From the human T2T-CHM13v2.0 reference genome, Homo sapiens, in NCBI RefSeq assembly GCF_009914755.1, contig NC_060925.1: a stretch of 64,000 nt of DNA. One strand, written 5' to 3'. Every line of letters begins with the position of its first letter. Within the stretch, counting starts at the first letter, position 1. Both the position numbers and the translations under genes were made by a program. Below are positions 11,801 through 27,200 of this stretch, piece by piece. The notes under the pieces were generated by a model. That model was given only the letters and a program-made list of their open reading frames with translations, did not search any database and was not told the DNA's origin.

Positions 11801-14800
11801 AAATAACCATCATCAATTGGTATTGAATGGAATTGTCATCAAATGGAATTCAAAGGAATCATCATCAAATGGAACCGAATGGAATCCTCATTGAATGGAA
11901 ATGAAAGGGGTCATCATCTAATGGAATCGCATGGAATCATCATCAAATGGAATCGAATGGAATCATCATCAAATGGAATCTAATGGAATCATTGAACAGA
12001 ATTGAATGGAATCGTCATCGAATGAATTGAATGCAATCATCGAATGGTCTCGAATGGAATCATCTTCTAATGGAAAGGAATGGAATCATCGCATAGAATC
12101 GAATGGAATTATCATCGAATGGAATCGAATGGTATCAACACCAAACGGGAAAAAACGGAATTATCGAATGGAATCGAAGAGAATCTTCGAACGGACCCGA
12201 ATGGAATCATCTAATGGAATGGAATGGAATAATCCATGGACTCGAATGCAATCATCATCGAATGGAATGGAATGGAATCATCGAATGGACTCGAATGGAA
12301 TAATCATTGAACGGAATCGAATGGAATCATCATCGGATGGAAACGAATGGAATCATCATCGAATGGAAATGAAAGGAGTCATCATCTAATGGAATTGCAT
12401 GGAATCATCATAAAATGGAATCGAATGGAATCAACATCAAATGGAATCAAATGGAATCATTGAACGGAATTGAATGGAATCGTCATCGAATGAATTGACT
12501 GCAATCATCGAATGGTCTCGAATGGAATCATCTTCAAATGGAATGGAATGGAATCATCGCATAGAATCGAATGGAATTATCATCGAATGGAATCGAATGG
12601 AATCAACATCAAACGGAAAAAAACGGAATTATCGAATGGAATCGAAGAGAATCATCGAATGGACCCGAATGGAATCATCTAATGGAATGGAATGGAATAA
12701 TCCATGGACTCGAATGCAATCATCATCGAATGGAATCGAATGGAATCATCGAATGGACTCGAATGGAATAATCATTGAACGGAATCGAATGGAATCATCA
12801 TCGGATGGAAATGAATGGAATCATCATCGAATGGAATCGAATAGAATTATGGAATGAAATCCAGTGTGATCATCATCGAATGGACCCGAATGGAATCATC
12901 ATCCAACGGAAGCTAATGGAATCAACATCGAATGAATCGAATGGAAACACCATCGAATTGAAACGAATGGAATTATCATGAAATTGAAATGGATGGACTC
13001 ATCATCGAATGGATTCGAATGGAATCATCGAATAAAATTGATTGAAATCATCATCCAATGGAATCGAATGGAATCATCATCAGATGGAAATGAATGGAAT
13101 CGTCATAGAATGGAATCGAATGGATTCATTGAATGGAATCAGATGGAATCATCGAATGGACTGGAATGGAATCATTGAATGGACTCGAAAGGGATCATTA
13201 TTGAATGGAATTGAATGGAATCATCGAATGGTCTCGATTGCAATCATTATCAAATGGAATGGAATGGAATCACCGAATAGAATCGAATGGAACAATCATC
13301 GAATGGACTCAAATGGAATTATCCTCCAATGGAATCGAATGGAATTATCGAATGCAATCGAATAGAATCATCGAATGGACTCGAATGGAATCATCGAATG
13401 GAATGGAATGGAACAGTCAATGAACTCGAATGGAATCATCATTGAATGGAATCGAATGGAATCATCGAGTGGAATCGAATGGAATTATGATCAAATGGAA
13501 TCGAATGTAATCCTCATCAAATGGAATCAAAAATAACCATCATCAATTGGTATTGAATGGAATTGTCATCAAATGGAATTCAAAGGAATCATCATCAAAT
13601 GGAACCGAATGGAATCCTCATTGAATGGAAATGAAAGGGGTCATCATCTAATGGAATCGCATGGAATCATCATCAAATGGAATCGAATGGAATCATCATC
13701 AAATGGAATCTAATGGAATCATTGAACAGAATTGAATGGAATCGTCATCGAATGAATTGAATGCAATCATCGAATGGTCTCGAATGGAATCATCTTCTAA
13801 TGGAAAGGAATGGAATCATCGCATAGAATCGAATGGAATTATCATCGAATGGAATCGAATGGTATCAACACCAAACGGAAAAAAACGGAATTATCGAATG
13901 GAATCGAAGAGAATCTTCGAACGGACCCGAATGGAATCATCTAATGGAATGGAATGGAATAATCCATGGACTCGAATGCAATCATCATCGAATGGAATGG
14001 AATGGAATCATCGAATGGACTCGAATGGAATAATCATTGAACGGAATCGAATGGAATCATCATCGGATGGAAACGAATGGAATCATCATCGAATGGAAAT
14101 GAAAGGAGTCATCATCTAATGGAATTGCATGGAATCATCATAAAATGGAATCGAATGGAATCAACATCAAATGGAATCAAATGGAATCATTGAACGCAAT
14201 TGAATGGAATCGTCATCGAATGAATTGACTGCAATCATCGAATGGTCTCGAATGGAATCATCTTCAAATGGAATGGAATGGAATCATCGCATAGAATCGA
14301 ATGGAATTATCATCGAATGGAATCGAATGGAATCAACATCAAACGGAAAAAAACAGAATTATCGTATGGAATCGAAGAGAATCATCGAATGGACCCGAAT
14401 GGAATCATCTAATGGAATGGAATGGAATAATCCATGGACTCGAATGCAATCATCATCGAATGGAATCGAATGGAATCATCGAATGGACTCGAATGGAATA
14501 ATCATTGAACGGAATCGAATGGAATCATCATCGGATGGAAATGAATGGAATCATCATCGAATGGAATCGAATAGAATTATGGAATGAAATCCAGTGTGAT
14601 CATCATCGAATGGACCCAAATGGAATCATCATCCAACGGAAGCTAATGGAATCAACATCGAATGAATCGAATGGAAACACCATCGAATTGAAACGAATGG
14701 AATTATCATGAAATTGAAATGGATGGACTCATCATCGAATGGATTCGAATGGAATCATCGAATAAAATTGATTGAAATCATCATCCAATGGAATCGAATG

Positions 14801-17800
14801 GTATCATTGAATGGAATCGAATGGAATCATCATCAGATGGAAATGAATGGAATCGTCATAGAATGGAATCGAATGGATTCATTGAATGGAATCAGATGGA
14901 ATCATCGAATGGACTGGAATGGAATCATTGAATGGACTCGAAAGGGATCATGATTGAATGGAATTGAATGGAATCATCGAATGGTCTCGATTGGAATCAT
15001 TATCAAATGGAATCGAATGGAATCACCGAATAGAATCGAATGGAACAATCATCGAATGGACTCAAATGGAATTATCCTCAAATGGAATCGAATGGAATTA
15101 TCGAATGCAATCGAATGGAATTATCGAATGCAATCGAATAGAATCATCGAAAGGACTCGAATGGAATCATCGAATGGAATGGAATGGAACAGTCAATGAA
15201 CTCGAATGGAATCATCATTGAATGGAATCGAATGGAATCATCGAGTGGAATCGAATGGAATTATGATCAAATGGAATCGAATGTAATCATCATCAAATGG
15301 AATCAAAAATAACCATCATCAATTGGTATTGAATGGAATTGTCATCAAATGGAATTCAAAGGAATCATCATCAAATGGAACCGAATGGAATCCTCATTGA
15401 ATGGAAATGAAAGGGGTCATCATCTAATGGAATCGCATGGAATCATCATCAAATGGAATCGAATGGAATCATCATCAAATGGAATCAAATGGAATTATTG
15501 AACAGAATTGAATGGAATCGTCATCGAATGAATTGAATGCAATCATCGAATGGTCTCGAATGGAATCATCTTCTACTGGAAAGGAATGGAATCATCGCAT
15601 AGAATCGAATGGAATTATCATCGAATGGAATCGAATGGTATCAACACCAAACGGAAAAAAACGGAATTATCGAATGGAATCGAAGAGAATCTTCGAACGG
15701 ACCCGAATGGAATCATCTAATGGAATAGAATGGAATAATCCATGGACTCGAATGCAATCATCATCGAATGGAATGGAATGGAATCATCGAATGGACTCGA
15801 ATGGAATAATCATTGAACGGAATCGAATGGAATCATCATCGGATGGAAACGAATGGAATCATCATCGAATGGAAATGAAAGGAGTCATCATCTAATGGAA
15901 TTGCATGGAATCATCATAAAATGGAATCGAATGGAATCAACATCAAATGGAATCAAATGGAATCATTGAACGGAATTGAATGGAATCGTCATCGAATGAA
16001 TTGAATGCAATCATCGAATGGTCTCGAATGGAATCATCTTCAAATGGAATGGAATGGAATCATCGCATAGAATCGAATGGAATTATCATCGAATGGAATC
16101 GAATGGAATCAACATCAAACGGAAAAAAACGGAATTATCGAATGTAATCGAAGAGAATCATCGAATGGACCCGAATGGAATCATCTAATGGAATGGAATG
16201 GAATAATCCATGGACTCGAATGCAATCATCATCGAATGGAATCGAATGGAATCATCGAATGGACTCGAATGGAATAATCATTGAACGGAATCGAATGGAA
16301 TCATCATCGGATGGAAATGAATGGAATCATCATCGAATGGAATCGAATAGAATTATGGAATGAAATCCAGTGTGATCATCATCGAATGGACCCGAATGGA
16401 ATCATCATCCAACGGAAGCTAATGGAATCAACATCGAATGAATCGAATGGAAACACCATCGAATTGAAACGAATGGAATTATCATGAAATTGAAATGGAT
16501 GGACTCATCATCGAATGGATTCGAATGGAATCATCGAATAAAATTGATTGAAATCATCATCCAATGGAATCGAATGGAATCATCATCAGATGGAAATGAA
16601 TGGAATCGTCATAGAATGGAATCGAATGGATTCATTGAATGGAATCAGATGGAATCATCGAATGGACTGGAATGGAATCATTGAATGGACTCGAAAGGGA
16701 TCATGATTGAATGGAATTGAATGGAATCATCGAATGGTCTCGATTGGAATCATTATCAAATGGAATCGAATGGAATCACCGAATAGAATCGAATGGAACA
16801 ATCATCGAATGGACTCAAATGGAATTATCCTCCAATGGAATCGAATGGAATTATCGAATGCAATCGAATGGAATTATCGAATGCAATCGAATAGAATCAT
16901 CGAATGGACTCGAATGGAATCATCGAATGGAATGGAATGGAACAGTCAATGAACTCGAATGGAATCATCATTGAATGGAATCGAATGGAATCATCGAGTG
17001 GAATCGAATGGAATTATGATCAAATGGAATCGAATGTAATCATCATCAAATGGAATCAAAAATAACCATCATCAATTGGTATTGAATGGAATTGTCATCA
17101 AATGGAATTCAAAGGAATCATCATCAAATGGAACCGAATGGAATCCTCATTGAATGGAAATGAAAGGGGTCATCATCTAATGGAATCGCATGGAATCATC
17201 ATCAAATGGAATCGAATGGAATCATCATCAAATGGAATCTAATGGAATCATTGAACAGAATTGAATGGAATCGTCATCGAATGAATTGAATGCAATCATC
17301 GAATGGTCTCGAATGGAATCATCTTCTAATGGAAAGGAATGGAATCATCGCATAGAATCGAATGGAATTATCATCGAATGGAATCGAATGGTATCAACAC
17401 CAAACGGAAAAAAACGGAATTATCGAATGGAATCGAAGAGAATCTTCGAACGGACCCGAATGGAATCATCTAATGGAATGGAATGGAATAATCCATGGAC
17501 TCGAATGCAATCATCATCGAATGGAATCGAATGGAATCATCGAATGGACTCGAATGGAATAATCATTGAACGGAATCGAATGGAATCATCATCGGATGGA
17601 AACGAATGGAATCATCATCGAATGGAAATGAAAGGAGTCATCATCTAATGGAATTGCATGGAATCATCATAAAATGGAATCGAATGGAATCAACATCAAA
17701 TGGAATCAAATGGAATCATTGAACGGAATTGAATGGAATCGTCATCGAATGAATTGTCTGCAATCATCGAATGGTCTCGAATGGAATCATCTTCAAATGG

Positions 17801-20800
17801 AATGGAATGGAATCATCGCATAGAATCGAATGGAATTATCATCGAATGGAATCGAATGGAATCAACATCAAACGGAAAAAAACGGAATTATCGAATGGAA
17901 TCGAAGAGAATCATCGAATGGACCCGAATGGAATCATCTAATGGAATGGAATGGAATAATCCATGGACCTCGAATGCAATCATCATCGAATGGAATCGAA
18001 TGGAATCATCGAATGGACTCGAATGGAATAATCATTGAACGGAATCGAATGGAATCATCATCGGATGGAAATGAATGGAATCATCATCGAATGGAATCGA
18101 ATAGAATTATGGAATGAAATCCAGTGTGATCATCATCGAATGGACCCGAATGGAATCATCATCCAACGGAAGCTAATGGAATCAACATCGAATGAATCGA
18201 ATGGAAACACCATCGAATTGAAACGAATGGAATTATCATGAAATTGAAATGGATGGACTCATCATCGAATGGATTCGAATGGAATCATCGAATAAAATTG
18301 ATTGAAATCATCATCGAATGGAATCGAATGGTATCATTGAATGGAATCGAATGGAATCATCATCAGATGGAAATGAATGGAATCGTCATAGAATGGAATC
18401 GAATGGATTCATTGAATGGAATCAGATGGAATCATCGAATGGACTGGAATGGAATCATTGAATGGACTCGAAAGGGATCATTATTGAATGGAATTGAATG
18501 GAATCATCGAATGGTCTCGATTGGAATCATTATCAAATGGAATGGAATGGAATCACCGAATAGAATCGAATGGAACAATCATCGAATGGACTCAAATGGA
18601 ATTATCCTCAAATGGAATCGAATGGAATTATCGAATGCAATCGAATGGAATTATCGAATGCAATCGAATAGAATCATCGAATGGACTCGAATGGAATCAT
18701 CGAATGGAATGGAATGGAACAGTCAATGAACTCGAATGGAATCATCATTGAATGGAATCGAATGGAATCATCGAGTGGAATCGAATGGAATTATGATCAA
18801 ATGGAATCGAATGTAATCCTCATCAAATGGAATCAAAAATAACCATCATCAATTGGTATTGAATGGAATTGTCATCAAATGGAATTCAAAGGAATCATCA
18901 TCAAATGGAACCGAATGGAATCCTCATTGAATGGAAATGAAAGGGGTCATCATCTAATGGAATCGCATGGAATCATCAAAAAATGGAATCGAATGGAATC
19001 ATCATCAAATGGAATCTAATGGAATCATTGAACAGAATTGAATGGAATCGTCATCGAATGAATTGAATGCAATCATCGAATGGTCTCGAATGGAATCATC
19101 TTCTAATGGAAAGGAATGGAATCATCGCATAGAATCGAATGGAATTATCATCGAATGGAATCGAATGGTATCAACACCAAACGGAAAAAAACGGAATTAT
19201 CGAATGGAATCGAAGAGAATCTTCGAACGGACCCGAATGGAATCATCTAATGGAATGGAATGGAATAATCCATGGACTCGAATGCAATCATCATCGAATG
19301 GAATGGAATGGAATCATCGAATGGACTCGAATGGAATAATCATTGAACGGAATCGAATGGAATCATGATCGGATGGAAACGAATGGAATCATCATCGAAT
19401 GGAAATGAAAGGAGTCATCATCTAATGGAATTGCATGGAATCATCATAAAATGGAATCGAATGGAATCAACATCAAATGGAATCAAATGGAATCATTGAA
19501 CGCAATTGAATGGAATCGTCATCGAATGAATTGACTGCAATCATCGAATGGTCTCGAATGGAATCATCTTCAAATGGAATGGAATGGAATCATCGCATAG
19601 AATCGAATGGAATTATCATCGAACGGAATCGAATGGAATCAACATCAAACGGAAAAAAACGGAATTATCGAATGGAATCGAAGAGAATCATCGAATGGAC
19701 CCGAATGGAATCATCTAATGGAATGGAATGGAATAATCCATGGACTCGAATGCAATCATCATCGAATGGAATCGAATGGAATCATCGAATGGACTCGAAT
19801 GGAATAATCATTGAACGGAATCGAATGGAATCATCATTGGATGGAAATGAATGGAATCATCATCGAATGGAATCGAATAGAATTATGGAATGAAATCCAG
19901 TGTGATCATCATCGAATGGACCCGAATGGAATCATCATCCAACGGAAGCTAATGGAATCAACATCGAATGAATCGAATGGAAACACCATCGAATTGAAAC
20001 GAATGGAATTATCATGAAATTGAAATGGATGGACTCATCATCGAATGGATTCGAATGGAATCATCGAATAAAATTGATTGAAATCATCATCGAATGGAAT
20101 CGAATGGTATCATTGAATGGAATCGAATGGAATCATCATCAGATGGAAATGAATGGAATCGTCATAGAATGGAATCGAATGGATTCATTGAATGGAATCA
20201 GATGGAATCATCGAATGGACTGGAATGGAATCATTGAATGGACTCGAAAGGGATCATGATTGAATGGAATTGAATGGAATCATCGAATGGTCTCGATTGG
20301 AATCATTATCAAATGGAATGGAATGGAATCACCGAATAGAATCGAATGGAACAATCATCGAATGGACTCAAATGGAATTATCCTCAAATGGAATCGAATG
20401 GAATTATCGAATGCAATCGAATGGAATTATCGAATGCAATCGAATAGAATCATCGAATGGACTCGAATGGAATCATCGAATGGAATGGAATGGAACAGTC
20501 AATGAACTCGAATGGAATCATCATTGAATGGAATCGAATGGAATCATCGAGTGGAATCGAATGGAATTATGATCAAATGGAATCGAATGTAATCCTCATC
20601 AAATGGAATCAAAAATAACCATCATCAATTGGTATTGAATGGAATTGTCATCAAATGGAATTCAAAGGAATCATCATCAAATGGAACCGAATGGAATCCT
20701 CATTGAATGGAAATGAAAGGGGTCATCATCTAATGGAATCGCATGGAATCATCATCAAATGGAATCGAATGGAATCATCATCAAATGGAATCTAATGGAA

Positions 20801-23800
20801 TCATTGAACAGAATTGAATGGAATCGTCATCGAATGAATTGAATGCAATCATCGAATGGTCTCGAATGGAATCATCTTCTAATGGAAAGGAATGGAATCA
20901 TCGCATAGAATCGAATGGAATTATCATCGAATGGAATCGAATGGTATCAACACCAAACGGGAAAAAACGGAATTATCGAATGGAATCGAAGAGAATCTTC
21001 GAACGGACCCGAATGGAATCATCTAATGGAATGGAATGGAATAATCCATGGACTCGAATGCAATCATCATCGAATGGAATGGAATGGAATCATCGAATGG
21101 ACTCGAATGGAATAATCATTGAACGGAATCGAATGGAATCATCATCGGATGGAAACGAATGGAATCATCATCGAATGGAAATGAAAGGAGTCATCATCTA
21201 ATGGAATTGCATGGAATCATCATAAAATGGAATCGAATGGAATCAACATCAAATGGAATCAAATGGAATCATTGAACGGAATTGAATGGAATCGTCATCG
21301 AATGAATTGACTGCAATCATCGAATGGTCTCGAATGGAATCATCTTCAAATGGAATGGAATGGAATCATCGCATAGAATCGAATGGAATTATCATCGAAT
21401 GGAATCGAATGGAATCAACATCAAACGGAAAAAAACGGAATTATCGAATGGAATCGAAGAGAATCATCGAATGGACCCGAATGGAATCATCTAATGGAAT
21501 GGAATGGAATAATCCATGGACTCGAATGCAATCATCATCGAATGGAATCGAATGGAATCATCGAATGGACTCGAATGGAATAATCATTGAACGGAATCGA
21601 ATGGAATCATCATCGGATGGAAATGAATGGAATCATCATCGAATGGAATCGAATAGAATTATGGAATGAAATCCAGTGTGATCATCATCGAATGGACCCG
21701 AATGGAATCATCATCCAACGGAAGCTAATGGAATCAACATCGAATGAATCGAATGGAAACACCATCGAATTGAAACGAATGGAATTATCATGAAATTGAA
21801 ATGGATGGACTCATCATCGAATGGATTCGAATGGAATCATCGAATAAAATTGATTGAAATCATCATCCAATGGAATCGAATGGAATCATCATCAGATGGA
21901 AATGAATGGAATCGTCATAGAATGGAATCGAATGGATTCATTGAATGGAATCAGATGGAATCATCGAATGGACTGGAATGGAATCATTGAATGGACTCGA
22001 AAGGGATCATTATTGAATGGAATTGAATGGAATCATCGAATGGTCTCGATTGCAATCATTATCAAATGGAATGGAATGGAATCACCGAATAGAATCGAAT
22101 GGAACAATCATCGAATGGACTCAAATGGAATTATCCTCCAATGGAATCGAATGGAATTATCGAATGCAATCGAATAGAATCATCGAATGGACTCGAATGG
22201 AATCATCGAATGGAATGGAATGGAACAGTCAATGAACTCGAATGGAATCATCATTGAATGGAATCGAATGGAATCATCGAGTGGAATCGAATGGAATTAT
22301 GATCAAATGGAATCGAATGTAATCCTCATCAAATGGAATCAAAAATAACCATCATCAATTGGTATTGAATGGAATTGTCATCAAATGGAATTCAAAGGAA
22401 TCATCATCAAATGGAACCGAATGGAATCCTCATTGAATGGAAATGAAAGGGGTCATCATCTAATGGAATCGCATGGAATCATCATCAAATGGAATCGAAT
22501 GGAATCATCATCAAATGGAATCTAATGGAATCATTGAACAGAATTGAATGGAATCGTCATCGAATGAATTGAATGCAATCATCGAATGGTCTCGAATGGA
22601 ATCATCTTCTAATGGAAAGGAATGGAATCATCGCATAGAATCGAATGGAATTATCATCGAATGGAATCGAATGGTATCAACACCAAACGGAAAAAAACGG
22701 AATTATCGAATGGAATCGAAGAGAATCTTCGAACGGACCCGAATGGAATCATCTAATGGAATGGAATGGAATAATCCATGGACTCGAATGCAATCATCAT
22801 CGAATGGAATGGAATGGAATCATCGAATGGACTCGAATGGAATAATCATTGAACGGAATCGAATGGAATCATCATCGGATGGAAACGAATGGAATCATCA
22901 TCGAATGGAAATGAAAGGAGTCATCATCTAATGGAATTGCATGGAATCATCATAAAATGGAATCGAATGGAATCAACATCAAATGGAATCAAATGGAATC
23001 ATTGAACGCAATTGAATGGAATCGTCATCGAATGAATTGACTGCAATCATCGAATGGTCTCGAATGGAATCATCTTCAAATGGAATGGAATGGAATCATC
23101 GCATAGAATCGAATGGAATTATCATCGAATGGAATCGAATGGAATCAACATCAAACGGAAAAAAACAGAATTATCGTATGGAATCGAAGAGAATCATCGA
23201 ATGGACCCGAATGGAATCATCTAATGGAATGGAATGGAATAATCCATGGACTCGAATGCAATCATCATCGAATGGAATCGAATGGAATCATCGAATGGAC
23301 TCGAATGGAATAATCATTGAACGGAATCGAATGGAATCATCATCGGATGGAAATGAATGGAATCATCATCGAATGGAATCGAATAGAATTATGGAATGAA
23401 ATCCAGTGTGATCATCATCGAATGGACCCAAATGGAATCATCATCCAACGGAAGCTAATGGAATCAACATCGAATGAATCGAATGGAAACACCATCGAAT
23501 TGAAACGAATGGAATTATCATGAAATTGAAATGGATGGACTCATCATCGAATGGATTCGAATGGAATCATCGAATAAAATTGATTGAAATCATCATCCAA
23601 TGGAATCGAATGGTATCATTGAATGGAATCGAATGGAATCATCATCAGATGGAAATGAATGGAATCGTCATAGAATGGAATCGAATGGATTCATTGAATG
23701 GAATCAGATGGAATCATCGAATGGACTGGAATGGAATCATTGAATGGACTCGAAAGGGATCATGATTGAATGGAATTGAATGGAATCATCGAATGGTCTC

Positions 23801-24298
23801 GATTGGAATCATTATCAAATGGAATCGAATGGAATCACCGAATAGAATCGAATGGAACAATCATCGAATGGACTCAAATGGAATTATCCTCAAATGGAAT
23901 CGAATGGAATTATCGAATGCAATCGAATGGAATTATCGAATGCAATCGAATAGAATCATCGAAAGGACTCGAATGGAATCATCGAATGGAATGGAATGGA
24001 ACAGTCAATGAACTCGAATGGAATCATCATTGAATGGAATCGAATGGAATCATCGAGTGGAATCGAATGGAATTATGATCAAATGGAATCGAATGTAATC
24101 ATCATCAAATGGAATCAAAAATAACCATCATCAATTGGTATTGAATGGAATTGTCATCAAATGGAATTCAAAGGAATCATCATCAAATGGAACCGAATGG
24201 AATCCTCATTGAATGGAAATGAAAGGGGTCATCATCTAATGGAATCGCATGGAATCATCATCAAATGGAATCGAATGGAATCATCATCAAATGGAATC
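5807..24298 (+). repeat. Near-identical tandem duplication with 8812-bp period (five units, about 2.1 copies)
   Basis: The unit length series 1776,1754,1776,1776,1730 occurs twice, and rare variants recur at +8812 (e.g. ORF variants 6700/15512, 7265/16077, 8921/17733, 10230/19042, 12103/20915, 12978/21790, 14204/23016). Confidence 0.93.
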
Positions 24299-27200
24299 TA
24301 ATGGAATCATTGAACAGAATTGAATGGAATCGTCATCGAATGAATTGAATGCAATCATCGAATGGTCTCGAATGGAATCATCTTCTAATGGAAAGGAATG
24401 GAATCATCGCATAGAATCGAATGGAATTATCATCGAATGGAATCGAATGGTATCAACATCAAACGGAAAAAAACGGAATTATCGAATGGAATCGAAGAGA
24501 ATCTTCGAACGGACCCGAATGGAATCATCTAATGGAATGGAATGGAATAATCCATGGACTCGAATGCAATCATCATCGAATGGAATGGAATGGAATCATC
24601 GAATGGACTCGAATGGAATAATCATTGAACGGAATCGAATGGAATCATCATCGGATGGAAACGAATGGAATCATCATCGAATGGAAATGAAAGGAGTCAT
24701 CATCTAATGGAATTGCATGGAATCATCATCAAATGGAATCGAATGGAATCAACATCAAATGGAATCTAATGGAATCATTGAACGGAATTGAATGGAATCG
24801 TCATCGAATGAATTGACTGCAATCATCGAATGGTCTCGAATGGAATCATCTTCAAATGGAATGGAATGGAATCATCGCATAGAATCGAATGGAATTATCA
24901 TCGAATGGAATCGAATGGAATCAACATCAAACGGAAAAAAACGGAATTATCGAATGGAATCGAAGAGAATCATCGAATGGACGCGAATGGAATCATCTAA
25001 TGGAATGGAATGGAATAATCCATGGACTCGAATGCAATCATCATCGAATGGAATCGAATGGAATCATTGAATGGACTCGAATGGAATAATCATTGAACGG
25101 AATCGAATGGAATCATCATCGGATGGAAATGAATGGAATCATCATCGAATGGAATCGAATAGAATTATGGAATGAAATCCAGTGTGATCATCATCGAATG
25201 GACCCGAATGGAATCATCATCCAACGGAAGCTAATGGAATCAACATCGAATGAATCGAATGGAAACACCATCGAATTGAAACGAATGGAATTATCATGAA
25301 ATTGAAATGGATGGACTCATCATCGAATGGATTCGAATGGAATCATCGAATAAAATTGATTGAAATCATCATCCAATGGAATCGAATGGTATCATTGAAT
25401 GGAATCGAATGGAATCATCATCAGATGGAAATGAATGGAATCGTCATAGAATGGAATCGAATGGATTCATTGAATGGAATCAGATGGAATCATCGAATGG
25501 ACTGGAATGGAATCATTGAATGGACACGAAAGGGATCATTATTGAATGGAATTGAATGGAATCATCGAATGGTCTCGATTGCAATCATTATCAAATGGAA
25601 TCGAATGGAATCACCGAATAGAATCGAATGGAACAATCATCGAATGGACTCAAATGGAATTATCCTCCAATGGAATCGAATGGAATTATCGAATGCAATC
25701 GAATAGAATCATCGAATGGACTCGAATGGAATCATCGAATGGAATGGAATGGAACAGTCAATGAACTCGAATGGAATCATCATTGAATGGAATCGAATGG
25801 AATCATCGAGTGGAATCGAATGGAATTATGATCAAATGGAATCGAATGTAATCCTCATCAAATGGAATCAAAAATAACCATCATCAATTGGTATTGAATG
25901 GAATTGTCATCAAATGGAATTCAAAGGAATCATCATCAAATGGAACTGAATGGAATCCTCATTGAATGGAAATGAAAGGGGTCATCATCTAATGGAATCG
26001 CATGGAATCATCATCAAATGGAATCGAATGGAATCATCATCAAATGGAATCTAATGGAATCATTGAACAGAATTGAATGGAATCGTCATCGAATGAATTG
26101 AATGCAATCATCGAATGGTCTCGAATGGAATCATCTTCTAATGGAAAGGAATGGAATCATCGCATAGAATCGAATGGAATTATCATCGAATGGAATCGAA
26201 TGGTATCAACACCAAACGGAAAAAAACGGAATTATCGAATGGAATCGAAGAGAATCTTCGAACGGACCCGAATGGAATCATCTAATGGAATGGAATGGAA
26301 TAATCCATGGACTCGAATGCAATCATCATCGAATGGAATGGAATGGAATCATCGAATGGACTCGAATGGAATAATCATTGAACGGAATCGAATGGAATCA
26401 TCATCGGATGGAAACGAATGGAATCATCATCGAATGGAAATGAAAGGAGTCATCATCTAATGGAATTGCATGGAATCATCATAAAATGGAATCGAATGGA
26501 ATCAACATCAAATGGAATCAAATGGAATCATTGAACACAATTGAATGGAATCGTCATCGAATGAATTGACTGCAATCATCGAATGGTCTCGAATGGAATC
26601 ATCTTCAAATGGAATGGAATGGAATCATCGCATAGAATCGAATGGAATTATCATCGAACGGAATCGAATGGAATCAACATCAAACGGAAAAAAACGGAAT
26701 TATCGAATGGAATCGAAGAGAATCATCGAATGGACCCGAATGGAATCATCTAATGGAATGGAATGGAATAATCCATGGACTCGAATGCAATCATCATCGA
26801 ATGGAATCGAATGGAATCATCGAATGGACTCGAATGGAATAATCATTGAACGGAATCGAATGGAATCATCATTGGATGGAAATGAATGGAATCATCATCG
26901 AATGGAATCGAATAGAATTATGGAATGAAATCCAGTGTGATCATCATCGAATGGACCCGAATGGAATCATCATCCAACGGAAGCTAATGGAATCAACATC
27001 GAATGAATCGAATGGAAACACCATCGAATTGAAACGAATGGAATTATCATGAAATTGAAATGGATGGACTCATCATCGAATGGATTCGAATGGAATCATC
27101 GAATAAAATTGATTGAAATCATCATCGAATGGAATCGAATGGTATCATTGAATGGAATCGAATGGAATCATCATCAGATGGAAATGAATGGAATCGTCAT

